36,830 bases of DNA from Candidatus Saccharimonadales bacterium (GCA_038209015.1 JBBQYC010000003.1:1-36830), one strand, 5' to 3'; positions 9,610-19,204 are shown, numbered from the stretch's first letter. Notes: generated by a model from the sequence alone, not told the origin. Made by a program: numbers and translations.

Positions 9610-10637
9610 TGATGCCTATGAGAAAACCAGTCATTCTAACCGGACTGCGTGCTAATAACGCGCTGCATATAGGAAATTATTTGGGTGCGCTAAAACCTAT
9701 GATCGACCTTGCTAAGGAGAAAGCAGGTGACTATCAGATAAATTTATTCATCCCAGATTTACACAGCTTTACGACGCCGATTGATCATTCGCAGCTACAA
9801 ACTCAGATTCATCAAAATCTAGCCGTGTATGTTGCTGCAGGCTTACCAATGAACCATGATGATATTCATATATACAGACAAAGCTTTATTCCGGCTCACA
9901 GTGAACTCACCGTAATTCTCAACAGCTTTACCGGTATGGGTGAAATGAGCCGAATGACACAATTCAAAGATAAATCAGCCCAGCAACATGAGGATAGAAT
10001 CAGCGTCGGGCTTTTTGATTATCCAGTTCTAATGGCTTCGGATATTTTACTGTATAACGCCGAATATGTGCCCGTTGGAGATGACCAGACACAACATTTA
10101 GAATTTACACGTGATATAGCCCAACGAATAAATAGTAAATTCGGGAATATATTCACAGTACCGAAATCTGTTCAAGAGCAACACTCTTTTTTTGGTAAAC
10201 AGCAGGGGCTTAGAATACGCGACTTACAAAATCCAGCAAAAAAGATGAGTAAGTCCGATGAAACAGGCAAAGGCGTCCTATTTCTTTCTGACAGCCCGGA
10301 ACTTATACGAAGCAAAATTATGAGTGCAACAACTGACAGCTTGTCAGATATACAGTATGACTACTCTGAACAGCCTGGAATTAGTAATTTACTGGATATA
10401 CTTGAATTGTTTGGTGGAGAAAAAAAGTCTTTCATTGGTCAAAAACAATACGGCTCACTTAAGCAAGCCACCGCCGATGCAGTGTGTGCTTTTATTGAAG
10501 ACTTCCAGGGCAGATTCAACCAGGTCGATACTGATGCTATCGACAAGAAGTTGATTGCAGGTGAAGAGCACATGAACACTCAAGCTACTACGACTCTTAG
10601 AGCTGTCCAGAATGCGGTAGGCTTGCGTTCACAATGA
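9609..10637 (+). CDS. trpS: Tryptophan--tRNA ligase
   Basis: HIGNYLGA, RMTQFKDK, YPVLMASDILLY, VPVGDDQ.QH.E, KMSKS. Confidence 0.97.
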   Translation: MMPMRKPVILTGLRANNALHIGNYLGALKPMIDLAKEKAGDYQINLFIPDLHSFTTPIDHSQLQTQIHQNLAVYVAAGLPMNHDDIHIYRQSFIPAHSELTVILNSFTGMGEMSRMTQFKDKSAQQHEDRISVGLFDYPVLMASDILLYNAEYVPVGDDQTQHLEFTRDIAQRINSKFGNIFTVPKSVQEQHSFFGKQQGLRIRDLQNPAKKMSKSDETGKGVLFLSDSPELIRSKIMSATTDSLSDIQYDYSEQPGISNLLDILELFGGEKKSFIGQKQYGSLKQATADAVCAFIEDFQGRFNQVDTDAIDKKLIAGEEHMNTQATTTLRAVQNAVGLRSQ

Positions 10638-11476
10638 CAGATAAAGTCCGCTTAGATCATTATTTATGCAAGCAACACCCCGATATTAGCCGTGGTTTTT
10701 TACAAAAATTAATTGCTCGTGACCAAGTGCTAGTGAATGGAAATGTGGAGAAATCAGGGTTTAAGGTAACCGGTGACGAGCAGATTGAAGTTCTTTATGA
10801 TTTCTCGGCAATAGGAAAAGTTCCAGAGATTGAGTTACCTATACTATTCGAAGACAAAAACCTTCTCGTTGTAGATAAACCATCCGGAGTCTTAAGTCAT
10901 GCGCTTACTAAGTTCCATACAGAACCGAGCGTCGCAAGTTTTTTAAGACAACGAATGAAACAAGATCCAGACGGTGATATTCGTTTTGGTATTGTGCACC
11001 GTCTGGATAGAATCACGAGCGGGGTAATGATATGTGCAAAAAATCACCAAACTTTATCTGACTTACAGCAACAGTTTGCTAAAAGAAGCGTAGAGAAAGT
11101 GTATCAAGCCGTTGTCACCGGCACCCCAAATGAGCTAGAGGCTGTAATTGATATCCCGATAGAGCGCAATCCGAAAGCGCCTGCAACTTATCGCCCAGGA
11201 CAAGATGGGAAGCCATCTAGTACTCATTACCGCGTTACAAAGTCCTGCGGCGCACATTCTTTGCTCGAATTAAAGCCCAAGACAGGCAGGACGCATCAAC
11301 TGCGTGTGCACTTGCAGTATATTGGACATCCGATTGTTGGCGATATCATTTACAATAGTGAGCCTGCAGACCGGTTGTTCCTACATGCAAGTGATATCAC
11401 TATTACCTACGATGGCGAAAGACGAACTTTTAGCGCTGCCACGCCGCCTGAATTTGAGGAATTCGTGTCATGTTAA
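10634..11476 (+). CDS. RluA/RluD-family RNA pseudouridine synthase
   Basis: N-terminal S4-like domain, DKPSG, VHRLDR.TSG, TGRTHQLRVH, GHPIVGD. Confidence 0.93.
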   Translation: MTDKVRLDHYLCKQHPDISRGFLQKLIARDQVLVNGNVEKSGFKVTGDEQIEVLYDFSAIGKVPEIELPILFEDKNLLVVDKPSGVLSHALTKFHTEPSVASFLRQRMKQDPDGDIRFGIVHRLDRITSGVMICAKNHQTLSDLQQQFAKRSVEKVYQAVVTGTPNELEAVIDIPIERNPKAPATYRPGQDGKPSSTHYRVTKSCGAHSLLELKPKTGRTHQLRVHLQYIGHPIVGDIIYNSEPADRLFLHASDITITYDGERRTFSAATPPEFEEFVSC

Positions 11477-12309
11477 TACACCCCCTTACACAGAACGCTA
11501 TCGATACATACTTAAATAGACCATCGCATGCCCTCCTTATAGCAGCCCCCGCAGGTGCGGGTAAGTTCTACGTCGCAAAAAAGATTGCAGCTGAACTTCT
11601 CGGTGTTTCGACTCTCGACAACTATCCATATACTCTTGTTATAGAATCATCCCAAATGACTATTGATGCGGTTCGGACAGTGAAAGTATTTCTGGGGAAA
11701 AAAACTACTGGTGGTAATGATATTCGACGGATCGTTGTTCTTGATAAAGTAGATAGTTTGAGCGATTCAGGTCAAAACGCGTTGCTTAAGTCAGTTGAAG
11801 AACCGCCAAATGATACCGTAATAATCATGACTACTGACGATATTAGCTATATTCTGCCTACCATACTATCGAGATGTACACATATGACAATTCTACCTGT
11901 AACACATGAACAAGCCGCCTTACATTATTCAAACGTATCAACACCAGATTTACAGAAAGCATTTCTTATGAGTAAAGGGTATGTAGGACTTATGGAATAT
12001 ATCCTGCATTCCAAAGACGAAGATATAGAAAGTGCTATGACAATAGCTAGAGAGCTCCTGCAAGGCTCCACGCATAACCGAATCTGCTCAGTGGAGGCAT
12101 TATCCAAGTCTAAGCAATCACTCTCTACAATTATAAAAGCTGTGGAAGTCGCGATACAGCTTAATTTTTATAAATCAATTTCCGTCGAAAATCATCAGGC
12201 AGCTCGACGGTTTCATGTCATGCTGAGAAGCCTTGGCAAAGCGCAGCAGCAGCTACATTCAAAAACAAATACGAAACTGGTGCTAAGTAATCTATTTCTC
12301 CAGATGTAA
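11470..12309 (+). CDS. holB: DNA polymerase III delta' subunit-like clamp-loader protein
   Basis: HALLI.APAGAGK, QNALLKSVEEPP, ILPTILSRC. Confidence 0.88.
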   Translation: MLIHPLTQNAIDTYLNRPSHALLIAAPAGAGKFYVAKKIAAELLGVSTLDNYPYTLVIESSQMTIDAVRTVKVFLGKKTTGGNDIRRIVVLDKVDSLSDSGQNALLKSVEEPPNDTVIIMTTDDISYILPTILSRCTHMTILPVTHEQAALHYSNVSTPDLQKAFLMSKGYVGLMEYILHSKDEDIESAMTIARELLQGSTHNRICSVEALSKSKQSLSTIIKAVEVAIQLNFYKSISVENHQAARRFHVMLRSLGKAQQQLHSKTNTKLVLSNLFLQM

Positions 12310-12327
12310 TGTATACTTATATGCAAC

Positions 12328-12981
12328 ATGCTTGAATTAGTAGTAGTATTTGGACTCGGTTTCTTAGCCTTCCGCGGTACAAAAATCCATGAGGAAGAAA
12401 TTTCTCCTTTTCCTCGCAAAATCACCGAGAAATTAGGAATGCTATGGGATATTGCACATGAAGGAATGCGTGAAAATCGATTTTTACGCGCCGAAAAAGC
12501 ATTATTAACTATACTCAAGATAGATGAGAAGAACGCCGCCGCTTATAACAGGCTGGGTATACTCTATGCCAAGCAAAAAGAATATAAGGATGCCATAGAT
12601 TGTTTTGAGATAGCTAGCAGTATTGAACCGAGCGCATCAAGTCTACATAACCTAGGATTGATTTATTATGAAACGGAAAACTATACGAAAGCAGCAACTG
12701 CCTTTGAAGAATCCTTGAAGCTTGAAGATGGGTTAGCGGCACGACGAATAGCATATGCCAAAGTACAAGAAAAACTGGGCAATGAAAAGCTGATGATACA
12801 AGAACTCGAAAAAGCTGTTGAATTAGAACCAACGCGCGAAAGTTACTTATTGTTAGCTAAAGGCTATCGATCTACCGGTAGAGAAGAAGAGGCTTTGCGT
12901 ATTGATGAGCATGTTAAAACTTTGATTAGTTCATCAGGGAGCAGAAAACGTATAGCAAGACCAAACAAAGTTGTTATTTAA
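12328..12981 (+). CDS. TPR-repeat protein with N-terminal membrane anchor
   Basis: AAAYNRLGILY, SLHNLGLIYY TPR patterns; hydrophobic N-terminus. Confidence 0.88.
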   Translation: MLELVVVFGLGFLAFRGTKIHEEEISPFPRKITEKLGMLWDIAHEGMRENRFLRAEKALLTILKIDEKNAAAYNRLGILYAKQKEYKDAIDCFEIASSIEPSASSLHNLGLIYYETENYTKAATAFEESLKLEDGLAARRIAYAKVQEKLGNEKLMIQELEKAVELEPTRESYLLLAKGYRSTGREEEALRIDEHVKTLISSSGSRKRIARPNKVVI

Positions 12982-13089
12982 CCTCTGTTTTGCTACACTT
13001 TTCTAGTATTTTCTAACACTAGTATATGACTACTGTACTAGTACGGAACTAATATGATCGCAGATAGTCAGTTTAACAATCTGCAATAC

Positions 13090-13166
13090 GCCACCTTAGC
13101 TCAGCTGGTTAGAGCAACGGTTTTGTAAACCGTAGGTCGTCGGTTCGAATCCGACAGGTGGCTCCA
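13090..13166 (+). tRNA. tRNA-Thr(UGU)
   Basis: GCCACCT/AGGTGGC acceptor, ACGGT-TT TGT AA-ACCGT anticodon arm, GTTCGAATC T-loop, encoded CCA. Confidence 0.97.
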
Positions 13167-13318
13167 TGCTTTGCCAAGCCAAGCATTTAATAATTTCTTT
13201 ATTCCAATTTTCATTTATGGATAAAAACTTCTGTTTCTGAATTTTTTTCGGCATAAGCTTTCCTCATCTGTAAATTGTTGAATGACAAATGTAAAATGCT
13301 TTTGTGAAGCAAAAGTTC

Positions 13319-13404
13319 GCAGGGTTAGTGAAGCGGTCAAACACGGCAGACTGTAAATCTGCTGGCATATGCCTTCGTAGGTTCGAATCCTACACCCTGC
13401 ACCA
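13319..13404 (+). tRNA. tRNA-Tyr(GUA)
   Basis: GCAGGGT/ACCCTGC acceptor, GCAGA-CT GTA AA-TCTGC anticodon arm, long variable arm, GTTCGAATC, CCA. Confidence 0.97.
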
Positions 13405-13451
13405 AAATCCTTATGCTTGCAATTTATCAGTTGATGCATGATAATTTTGCC

Positions 13452-14021
13452 ATGAATAGATTACAAACTTTTTCATCTTATCCTACGATCACAGAAACCC
13501 TACCCGCTAGAAGCTCTACTGAAATATTCGAGACACTGGATGAACTCAACGCTAGATTGGGAGAAAATTCAGGTGAGTTTGTGATAATTGGTGGTGCAAA
13601 TCTGGTACTTAGAGGAATTAGACGGGCAACTGTTGACGTAGATATATTGGTATCAGATGATACATTCGTAGCTATGAAATCTATGGAAGGTGCGCAAATT
13701 AAACTGCCACCGAAGCGTGCATTAGCAAGTGGCGCTACGAATACTTCGGTTTGGCTAAATACTGAATGGACAAAGATTCCCGTGAGTGGAGCGACTGATA
13801 TGGGTGACGCTTACTACCCAATTTCCTACGGAATGTATAATGACACAGAACTAGAACGTGTTGACGGTCATGCCTTAGCTCCACTTGATCATGTATGGGG
13901 TTCAAAGGTCGCACTTCAAAGACCAAAAGATTTACCTGATCTACGTCTAATAGCCGCCGAGACTGGTAGAAGTACAGTTTTTCCAGCACCAATCTATACT
14001 GGTCCATTTTTAAATAGCTAG
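13452..14021 (+). CDS. Pol-beta-superfamily nucleotidyltransferase-like protein
   Basis: FVIIGG...RATVDVDILV (GG/DxD) and C-terminal K...RPKDLPD; likely leaderless start after TTGCAA-17-GATAAT (ORF track begins at 13413). Confidence 0.75.
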   Translation: MNRLQTFSSYPTITETLPARSSTEIFETLDELNARLGENSGEFVIIGGANLVLRGIRRATVDVDILVSDDTFVAMKSMEGAQIKLPPKRALASGATNTSVWLNTEWTKIPVSGATDMGDAYYPISYGMYNDTELERVDGHALAPLDHVWGSKVALQRPKDLPDLRLIAAETGRSTVFPAPIYTGPFLNS

Positions 14022-14065
14022 TGCTAGTTTAGTTCTGACCTCAGCCATGATGCTGCACCAAAATT

Positions 14066-14377
14066 ATGAAAAATAGCGATTTTAGAGAAAATCAATCAGA
14101 AATTTCCGTAGGTTCATATGCTGAGCGTGCCAGGATTCCTGTTTGCGGTGATCATGTGATTGTTGTTGAAGTCAATGAAGAAGATGATCGAATTCTTGAG
14201 TCAACAGTGTTGTGGGACTATTTACCTGTTGGAACTAGGGGGCTTGTTAGGGCGATAAGTAGTTACCATGGGCTTGATGTGGCATGGGTTGATGCTCTTG
14301 AAATAGAAGAGGATAGACGATATCCAAAATCTAGTCCGTTTACTTTTCGAGAAATAGGACCTTTTGATACTTACTAA
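14066..14377 (+). CDS. Hypothetical protein (103 aa)
   Basis: ATG-started ORF filling the gap on the same strand as its neighbours; no recognisable motif. Confidence 0.55.
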   Translation: MKNSDFRENQSEISVGSYAERARIPVCGDHVIVVEVNEEDDRILESTVLWDYLPVGTRGLVRAISSYHGLDVAWVDALEIEEDRRYPKSSPFTFREIGPFDTY

Positions 14378-14536
14378 AGACAGTTCTTCAAAATTTGTAG
14401 ACAATAATACACCAATGTATACCCCTACTGTAATCAAGAGTTTTTGTTCATTATGTTTTTTGGTCAGTACTCGAAACATAGTTTCATAAACTGTTAACTA
14501 ATTTGAATTTATCTGTTATGTTTATATGGTATTTAT

Positions 14537-14781
14537 GCCATCTAAGCTCAGGGGTAGAGCAGTGACTATGGCGAAAAATGCCCTGATAGCTCAGTGGTAG
14601 AGCGCATCCATGGTAAGGATGAGGTCGTGGGTTCAATCCCCACTCAGGGCTCCAGATGAAATACGGGTCACGTGTGAGAACTGCCGGTGGCAGTTCGCAC
14701 GGAAATCTTCACTTGAAAACTGGTTTTCAAAGATAAAGTTTCGGGGTCGCCGGAGATGTCCAGATCCCGAAGATGGCTCCA
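14537..14781 (+). ncRNA. Expanded tRNA-like RNA enclosing tRNA-Thr(GGU)
   Basis: GCCATCT/AGATGGC+TCCA acceptor; GCTC-AGGGGTA-GAGC D-arm; GTGAC/GTCAC anticodon-position stem; TCGGGGTC/GATCCCGA T-position stem; candidate promoter TTGAAT-16-TATGGT just upstream. Confidence 0.75.
14580..14654 (+). tRNA. tRNA-Thr(GGU)
   Basis: GCCCTGA/TCAGGGC acceptor, CATCC-AT GGT AA-GGATG anticodon arm, GTTCAATCC T-loop, CCA. Confidence 0.97.
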
Positions 14782-14822
14782 GTGTTTACATATATTAGTT
14801 AATCTGTTAATATCTACCAGTT

Positions 14823-15026
14823 ATGGCAAAAAAAGGCGACAAACGAAAGACAATTGGACTCGTAAGCGAAGGCAGCGGCGGGCGTCATTATTATACCCGA
14901 AAGAATACTATGAATACTCCTGATAAGCTTGAGCTGAAGAAGTATGACCCGGTACTAAGAAAACATGTTTTGTATGTTGAAACCAAAAAATCTCTTGGAC
15001 GCAACGAAGTTAAACCTAAAAAATAG
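14823..15026 (+). CDS. rpmG: 50S ribosomal protein L33 (cysteine-free)
   Basis: [30 protein letters not shown]. Confidence 0.96.
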   Translation: MAKKGDKRKTIGLVSEGSGGRHYYTRKNTMNTPDKLELKKYDPVLRKHVLYVETKKSLGRNEVKPKK

Positions 15027-15046
15027 TCTAAAATCTAAGCTCTATA

Positions 15047-16009
15047 TCAGTTTGGCTGGAAGCTAATACTTCTAAGAATAATATCTGCGAGTGGATCTAA
15101 GGCTACTTTGGACTCTTCCAACATAGATATATAAATAAATAATGATTCACCATTGTTTTTAGGTATGATCACTGCTCGAATATTCAAAATCTGACCACTT
15201 TCATTAATTGTTTCCACTCTCGCAAATATACCTCTTTTATGTTTAGTTCCCGGCACACTTATGTCACCGGTAACAGTAACGGTTTTTTCTGAACCAGTAG
15301 CTACTTGAAGTGCCTTATCATAGCTAGATAATCCGTTATTTAATACTGTCGAAGTGGTCTCAGTATTTTTATATACTAGTTCTTTGGCTTTGGGCAATCT
15401 AATTACCCTTACGTCATAATAATCTGTCGTATCATTCTTGCTTTTAAATATATCAACTTGCAGGCCATTTAGCTGTTCAGACTTCATTAGTTCAAAATCG
15501 GCAGGTAGTTTAATTGAGTATTCATGTTGTGAATTTACGAATTTTTTCAGATCTTTGTCGGTATATTCAGTTTGTGCCTGTTGAAAATTAAATATCTCTG
15601 GATTTTTAAAATATAGTGAACCTAGTACAACAAGGACAGATAGAATTACAGACAAAAAACCTAGTATTAACATTTTCCAAGCACCAAATTTGAGCATATG
15701 TCCACTCTCTTTGTATGCACGTATTGTTCGTTCACTTTTGGCGACAAAAGCGGCAATCACGCCTGCCGGAATAAAAGGAAATATTTGAATATTGCTATTT
15801 GATAAGTTTTCAGGCATCAAAATTACTATCGCTATAAAATACAAAACTACGACTGAATAGCCGACCAGTCTGATTTTGCGCGCCTGTAATCTGTGCCCAA
15901 ATAGTTCAGTGTTCCTAGCAAATAAATACACACCCAAAAGCGGACCAAAAACCACCGACGCCACCGATATCTCAGCCGTTGTAAAAATTTGTGGTTTTGA
16001 TTTTAGCAT
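15047..16009 (-). CDS. Membrane protein with about 4 N-terminal TM segments and a possible PsbP/DcrB-like soluble domain
   Basis: Hydrophobic N-terminal half; YSIKLPADF and C-terminal IILRSISF are reminiscent of the PsbP-like fold (weak). Confidence 0.65.
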   Translation of the reverse strand: MLKSKPQIFTTAEISVASVVFGPLLGVYLFARNTELFGHRLQARKIRLVGYSVVVLYFIAIVILMPENLSNSNIQIFPFIPAGVIAAFVAKSERTIRAYKESGHMLKFGAWKMLILGFLSVILSVLVVLGSLYFKNPEIFNFQQAQTEYTDKDLKKFVNSQHEYSIKLPADFELMKSEQLNGLQVDIFKSKNDTTDYYDVRVIRLPKAKELVYKNTETTSTVLNNGLSSYDKALQVATGSEKTVTVTGDISVPGTKHKRGIFARVETINESGQILNIRAVIIPKNNGESLFIYISMLEESKVALDPLADIILRSISFQPN

Positions 16010-16038
16010 TATTAGTTACTCTAACAAATGGTATCACA

Positions 16039-17967
16039 CTAGTTTATTTTCGATATGTCCAAAATCGTATTTATATACTCCGCGTGGCTCCACACTAATG
16101 GACTCACGGATATCTGACGTCCGGTTTGAGGATCTAGCTGTTCTGATAAAACGCCTGTGTTCAGGGCTGTTTTTGATATAGCGTGAAGTATCTCATGCGC
16201 CTGATCTGGTTTGTGTACTCTTATATAGAATTGAGCTAACCATAATGTACATATTACCCAAGGGTTACCTACACTATTCTGATATACCCGGAAGTAATCA
16301 TCTCCATCATATCGAGCTACTCCATTCTCTCCTGTTAAAACAGTCTCTACAGCCTCTATGGTTGCGCTCAATATGGGTGGGTCTTTATGAAAATATCCGA
16401 ACATAAAACTTCCGTAAAAACTAGATACATCTAAGCATTCATCAAATTCAAGACCTGAATCAGGATTAAAATAAAATCCTTTTCGAAGAATGTTTGTATC
16501 TGGATTCACGAAGGCTTTTCTATTTTCATACAGCATGTTGGCCGTATCGCGCCAGTGCTGGGCTTTCGAAGCTTTTTTGAAGTAATCGGCGAAATCCGCA
16601 GCTGTTAAGAGCGCTTGGTATACGGTTGCGACAGTATACGTGCTGGTTGAAAATTTTTGCTCCCATAAATCATAGCTTGCATGAGGCAAACCGGTTTCGA
16701 CATCTATGAATGAACACAAGAAATTAGCTGCTGGTTCTATGAAGGCTGGGAACATTTCTTTGATAAAATCAGCGTCTTGCGATATATCAAAATATTCTCC
16801 GAGCATGAATAAGACTATCGCTGTTTCATCTTCCTGAATCGCTAGTTCTTTTTCCTTGCCATGCATCAGCGGGTGCCAAGTGCTACCAATCGCTCGGTCT
16901 GGCTGGTACTTATGCATAAGGTACCCAGCTGGGTTTGTAATATCCCTACAAAATTCAAAGAATTTTTTTGGCTCTTCGGTGTAGCCTAATCTAATTAATG
17001 GCCAAATAGCATATGCGCCGTCACGCGGCCAGACATAACTGTAATAATCGCGGCCATAATTATATATAGACGAATCAATGCCAGCTATTATTCCGCCACG
17101 TTTATCTATATGGGCTTTTATTAGCATGAGTGATTTCTTAGTCAATTCAAGATAGTTTTTATCTGTTATGTGAAGTTGATTTATACCTACTGATAGCCAT
17201 TTTTGCCAGAAATGTTCAGTACTGCTGAGCCTGCCTTGAAGTCCCTGCGCAATTACTGCACGGTTTAAGTGTTCTACCGCTTGCTGGGAATCACCAGCTA
17301 TAACCCAATAATTAATTTCCGTCGTGTCATGCGGCTCTATAACCTGCATAAACCGAAGGACTGAATCCACACCACCGTGTTCAACCGTACTACCGGATAG
17401 CTCTCCATCCTCTGCGTCTACGAATGTACCAGCCTTACCTTCGATACCGTGATTACCGATTGCGAACTGATCGTATGGCTGTCCTCCTTTATCGAGCCCT
17501 GAAATGAGCAGGCACGTCCTGCCTTTGTAGTCGAGGATATAATTGCCATCAGGAACATAAAGTGCGGTGTCAGCCCGACCATCTCGTGATATTTCAAAGA
17601 CCTGATGCATGAACAAACGAACTTCGCGTTTATCATCTGAATTATTAACAATCGTAATAATTCTCCCGAATAAATTCATGTCACTATCAACAAAATCCTT
17701 CATTTGGAGCTCTATGCTTAGTTCATGGTGAATCATCGTAATATGACTGACAAGCGCATCTGAATCCAACTCAATATGCGTATCCCAGGTTCCATCGTCA
17801 ACCCACGAAAATGTCTGGTCGATCCATACGCCTATCCTATGATGCATACTGCGCTGATTGGTAAGATTATCGAGCCCAACATAAGGGAAATAGAAATCAT
17901 GTACAAGTCCGGATTCATCAAGTCCAACAGTTAATGCTCCGTTACCGAGTATTATTGGACGCGCCAC
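16039..17967 (-). CDS. Glycoside hydrolase family 15 (glucoamylase-like)
   Basis: YSYVWPRDG, IQEDET, SYDLWE, LSEQ, SPLVWSHAEY. Confidence 0.93.
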   Translation of the reverse strand: MARPIILGNGALTVGLDESGLVHDFYFPYVGLDNLTNQRSMHHRIGVWIDQTFSWVDDGTWDTHIELDSDALVSHITMIHHELSIELQMKDFVDSDMNLFGRIITIVNNSDDKREVRLFMHQVFEISRDGRADTALYVPDGNYILDYKGRTCLLISGLDKGGQPYDQFAIGNHGIEGKAGTFVDAEDGELSGSTVEHGGVDSVLRFMQVIEPHDTTEINYWVIAGDSQQAVEHLNRAVIAQGLQGRLSSTEHFWQKWLSVGINQLHITDKNYLELTKKSLMLIKAHIDKRGGIIAGIDSSIYNYGRDYYSYVWPRDGAYAIWPLIRLGYTEEPKKFFEFCRDITNPAGYLMHKYQPDRAIGSTWHPLMHGKEKELAIQEDETAIVLFMLGEYFDISQDADFIKEMFPAFIEPAANFLCSFIDVETGLPHASYDLWEQKFSTSTYTVATVYQALLTAADFADYFKKASKAQHWRDTANMLYENRKAFVNPDTNILRKGFYFNPDSGLEFDECLDVSSFYGSFMFGYFHKDPPILSATIEAVETVLTGENGVARYDGDDYFRVYQNSVGNPWVICTLWLAQFYIRVHKPDQAHEILHAISKTALNTGVLSEQLDPQTGRQISVSPLVWSHAEYINTILDISKIN

Positions 17968-17995
17968 TGTAAACCCCCACCCTTTACGTTTTTCA

Positions 17996-19204
17996 TTATA
18001 ACAGGAGTCCTTTTTTAGCTAGTCGTGCCTGCAAATCGTGGCATGCATTCATAAAGTTCATAAAAGCAATGTACGGTGTTTCATAGGGACTAAAGTACGC
18101 GTGTATATCACCGTCGCTGAACCATTTAGTACACATGTAATAAAAATGATCCGATGTTTGAAGTCGCCGCCAATCCTCTATAAGCTGCCAGTCATTGCTA
18201 TCTAGAATTTTTGATTCCAGTCCGTAGAGCATACCAATGGCCTGATGCTGCATTGGATTCCCCAACCAGGCAGACAGATCTCTCTCAGTGTCAGCCCAAG
18301 TAGTTGTATTTGTAACGTCGACGGAATCACGAGTAGTAAACAGTTCCGCCGCTTCTGTCACTGTGACAAATCCTGTTCCTGGTTGCTTAAGCCATGAAGC
18401 CGGCATGTGGTGCAGGAATTCAAAAATACCCGTGTGTTCCCACTGATGCTCGCCGAAAGTCTCGTAATCCATAAAGAGATTAAAAATATCAGCACTATGA
18501 TTCTCATGCAGCCAGTGCGTAAATTTATCTGCAGTCAATGGATGTTCAGCCCATTCACTATCCCCAAAACGAAACGCTATATCGTCGCTTAGTTTATAAT
18601 TTTTCATGAGTAATTTGATACTACTAGTGCCCTCAGGTTTGTATACGAAATTAGGTGACTTCCAGCCAAGAATAGGATCCCATCCTTCTGCCAATATAGC
18701 CTTGTAACCAGCTTGGTCGGCCCATTGAGCTACTTGATTGTTGTAACTCAGCTCAGTATTGCGAAAAGCAGTCGGGACGACTCCAAATAGCTCTGTAATG
18801 AGCTCCTTATGCATCTGCACTTGCATCTCAAACTCATTACGGGAATAGAAAAATGCCAAACTGTGATGATATGTTTCTGCGACAATCTCTACCCGTCCAG
18901 TGCGTACGAGCTTTTGAAAACTCTCAAGTACATCTGGTCGCCATTCTTGCATCTGCTTTAGGATAGTACCCGTAATCGATAAACTAACTTTGAACTGAGG
19001 ATGTGTCTCTAATAAGTCTTGTAAGATTTTATTGGTAGGCAGGTACGACTTATCAGAAACTTTATTCAGTATGGCTTTATTGTCCTCATCAGTGCCATCA
19101 TTAGCATCAAAATAGGTATGGTCGTTACCAGTGTCAAAAATGGTATAGTGTTTGACGCGATACGGCTGATGAACATGCAGATAAAGACATATAGCTTTGT
19201 TCAT
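17996..19204 (-). CDS. Glycoside hydrolase family 57 (alpha-amylase-like)
   Basis: HVHQP, ETYHHSL, FRNTEL, MDYETFGEHQ, WADTERD, LQTSDHFYYM. Confidence 0.94.
   Translation of the reverse strand: MNKAICLYLHVHQPYRVKHYTIFDTGNDHTYFDANDGTDEDNKAILNKVSDKSYLPTNKILQDLLETHPQFKVSLSITGTILKQMQEWRPDVLESFQKLVRTGRVEIVAETYHHSLAFFYSRNEFEMQVQMHKELITELFGVVPTAFRNTELSYNNQVAQWADQAGYKAILAEGWDPILGWKSPNFVYKPEGTSSIKLLMKNYKLSDDIAFRFGDSEWAEHPLTADKFTHWLHENHSADIFNLFMDYETFGEHQWEHTGIFEFLHHMPASWLKQPGTGFVTVTEAAELFTTRDSVDVTNTTTWADTERDLSAWLGNPMQHQAIGMLYGLESKILDSNDWQLIEDWRRLQTSDHFYYMCTKWFSDGDIHAYFSPYETPYIAFMNFMNACHDLQARLAKKGLLL

Noticed and set aside
13215-13439. Minus-strand 74-aa ORF
   Set aside because: Antisense to tRNA-Tyr
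14537-14781. Reading the outer tRNA-like RNA as tmRNA, a T-box, an intron-containing tRNA or an att-site duplication
   Set aside because: There is no G3-U70 Ala acceptor and it has a real D-stem, so not tmRNA. No T-box motif is present. The insert is a full tRNA, not a group I core. The outer ends are not identical copies of the inner tRNA, and no integrase is nearby.
14610-14798. 62-aa ORF in the ORF track
   Set aside because: Lies over tRNA-Thr and the structured RNA; typical tRNA shadow ORF
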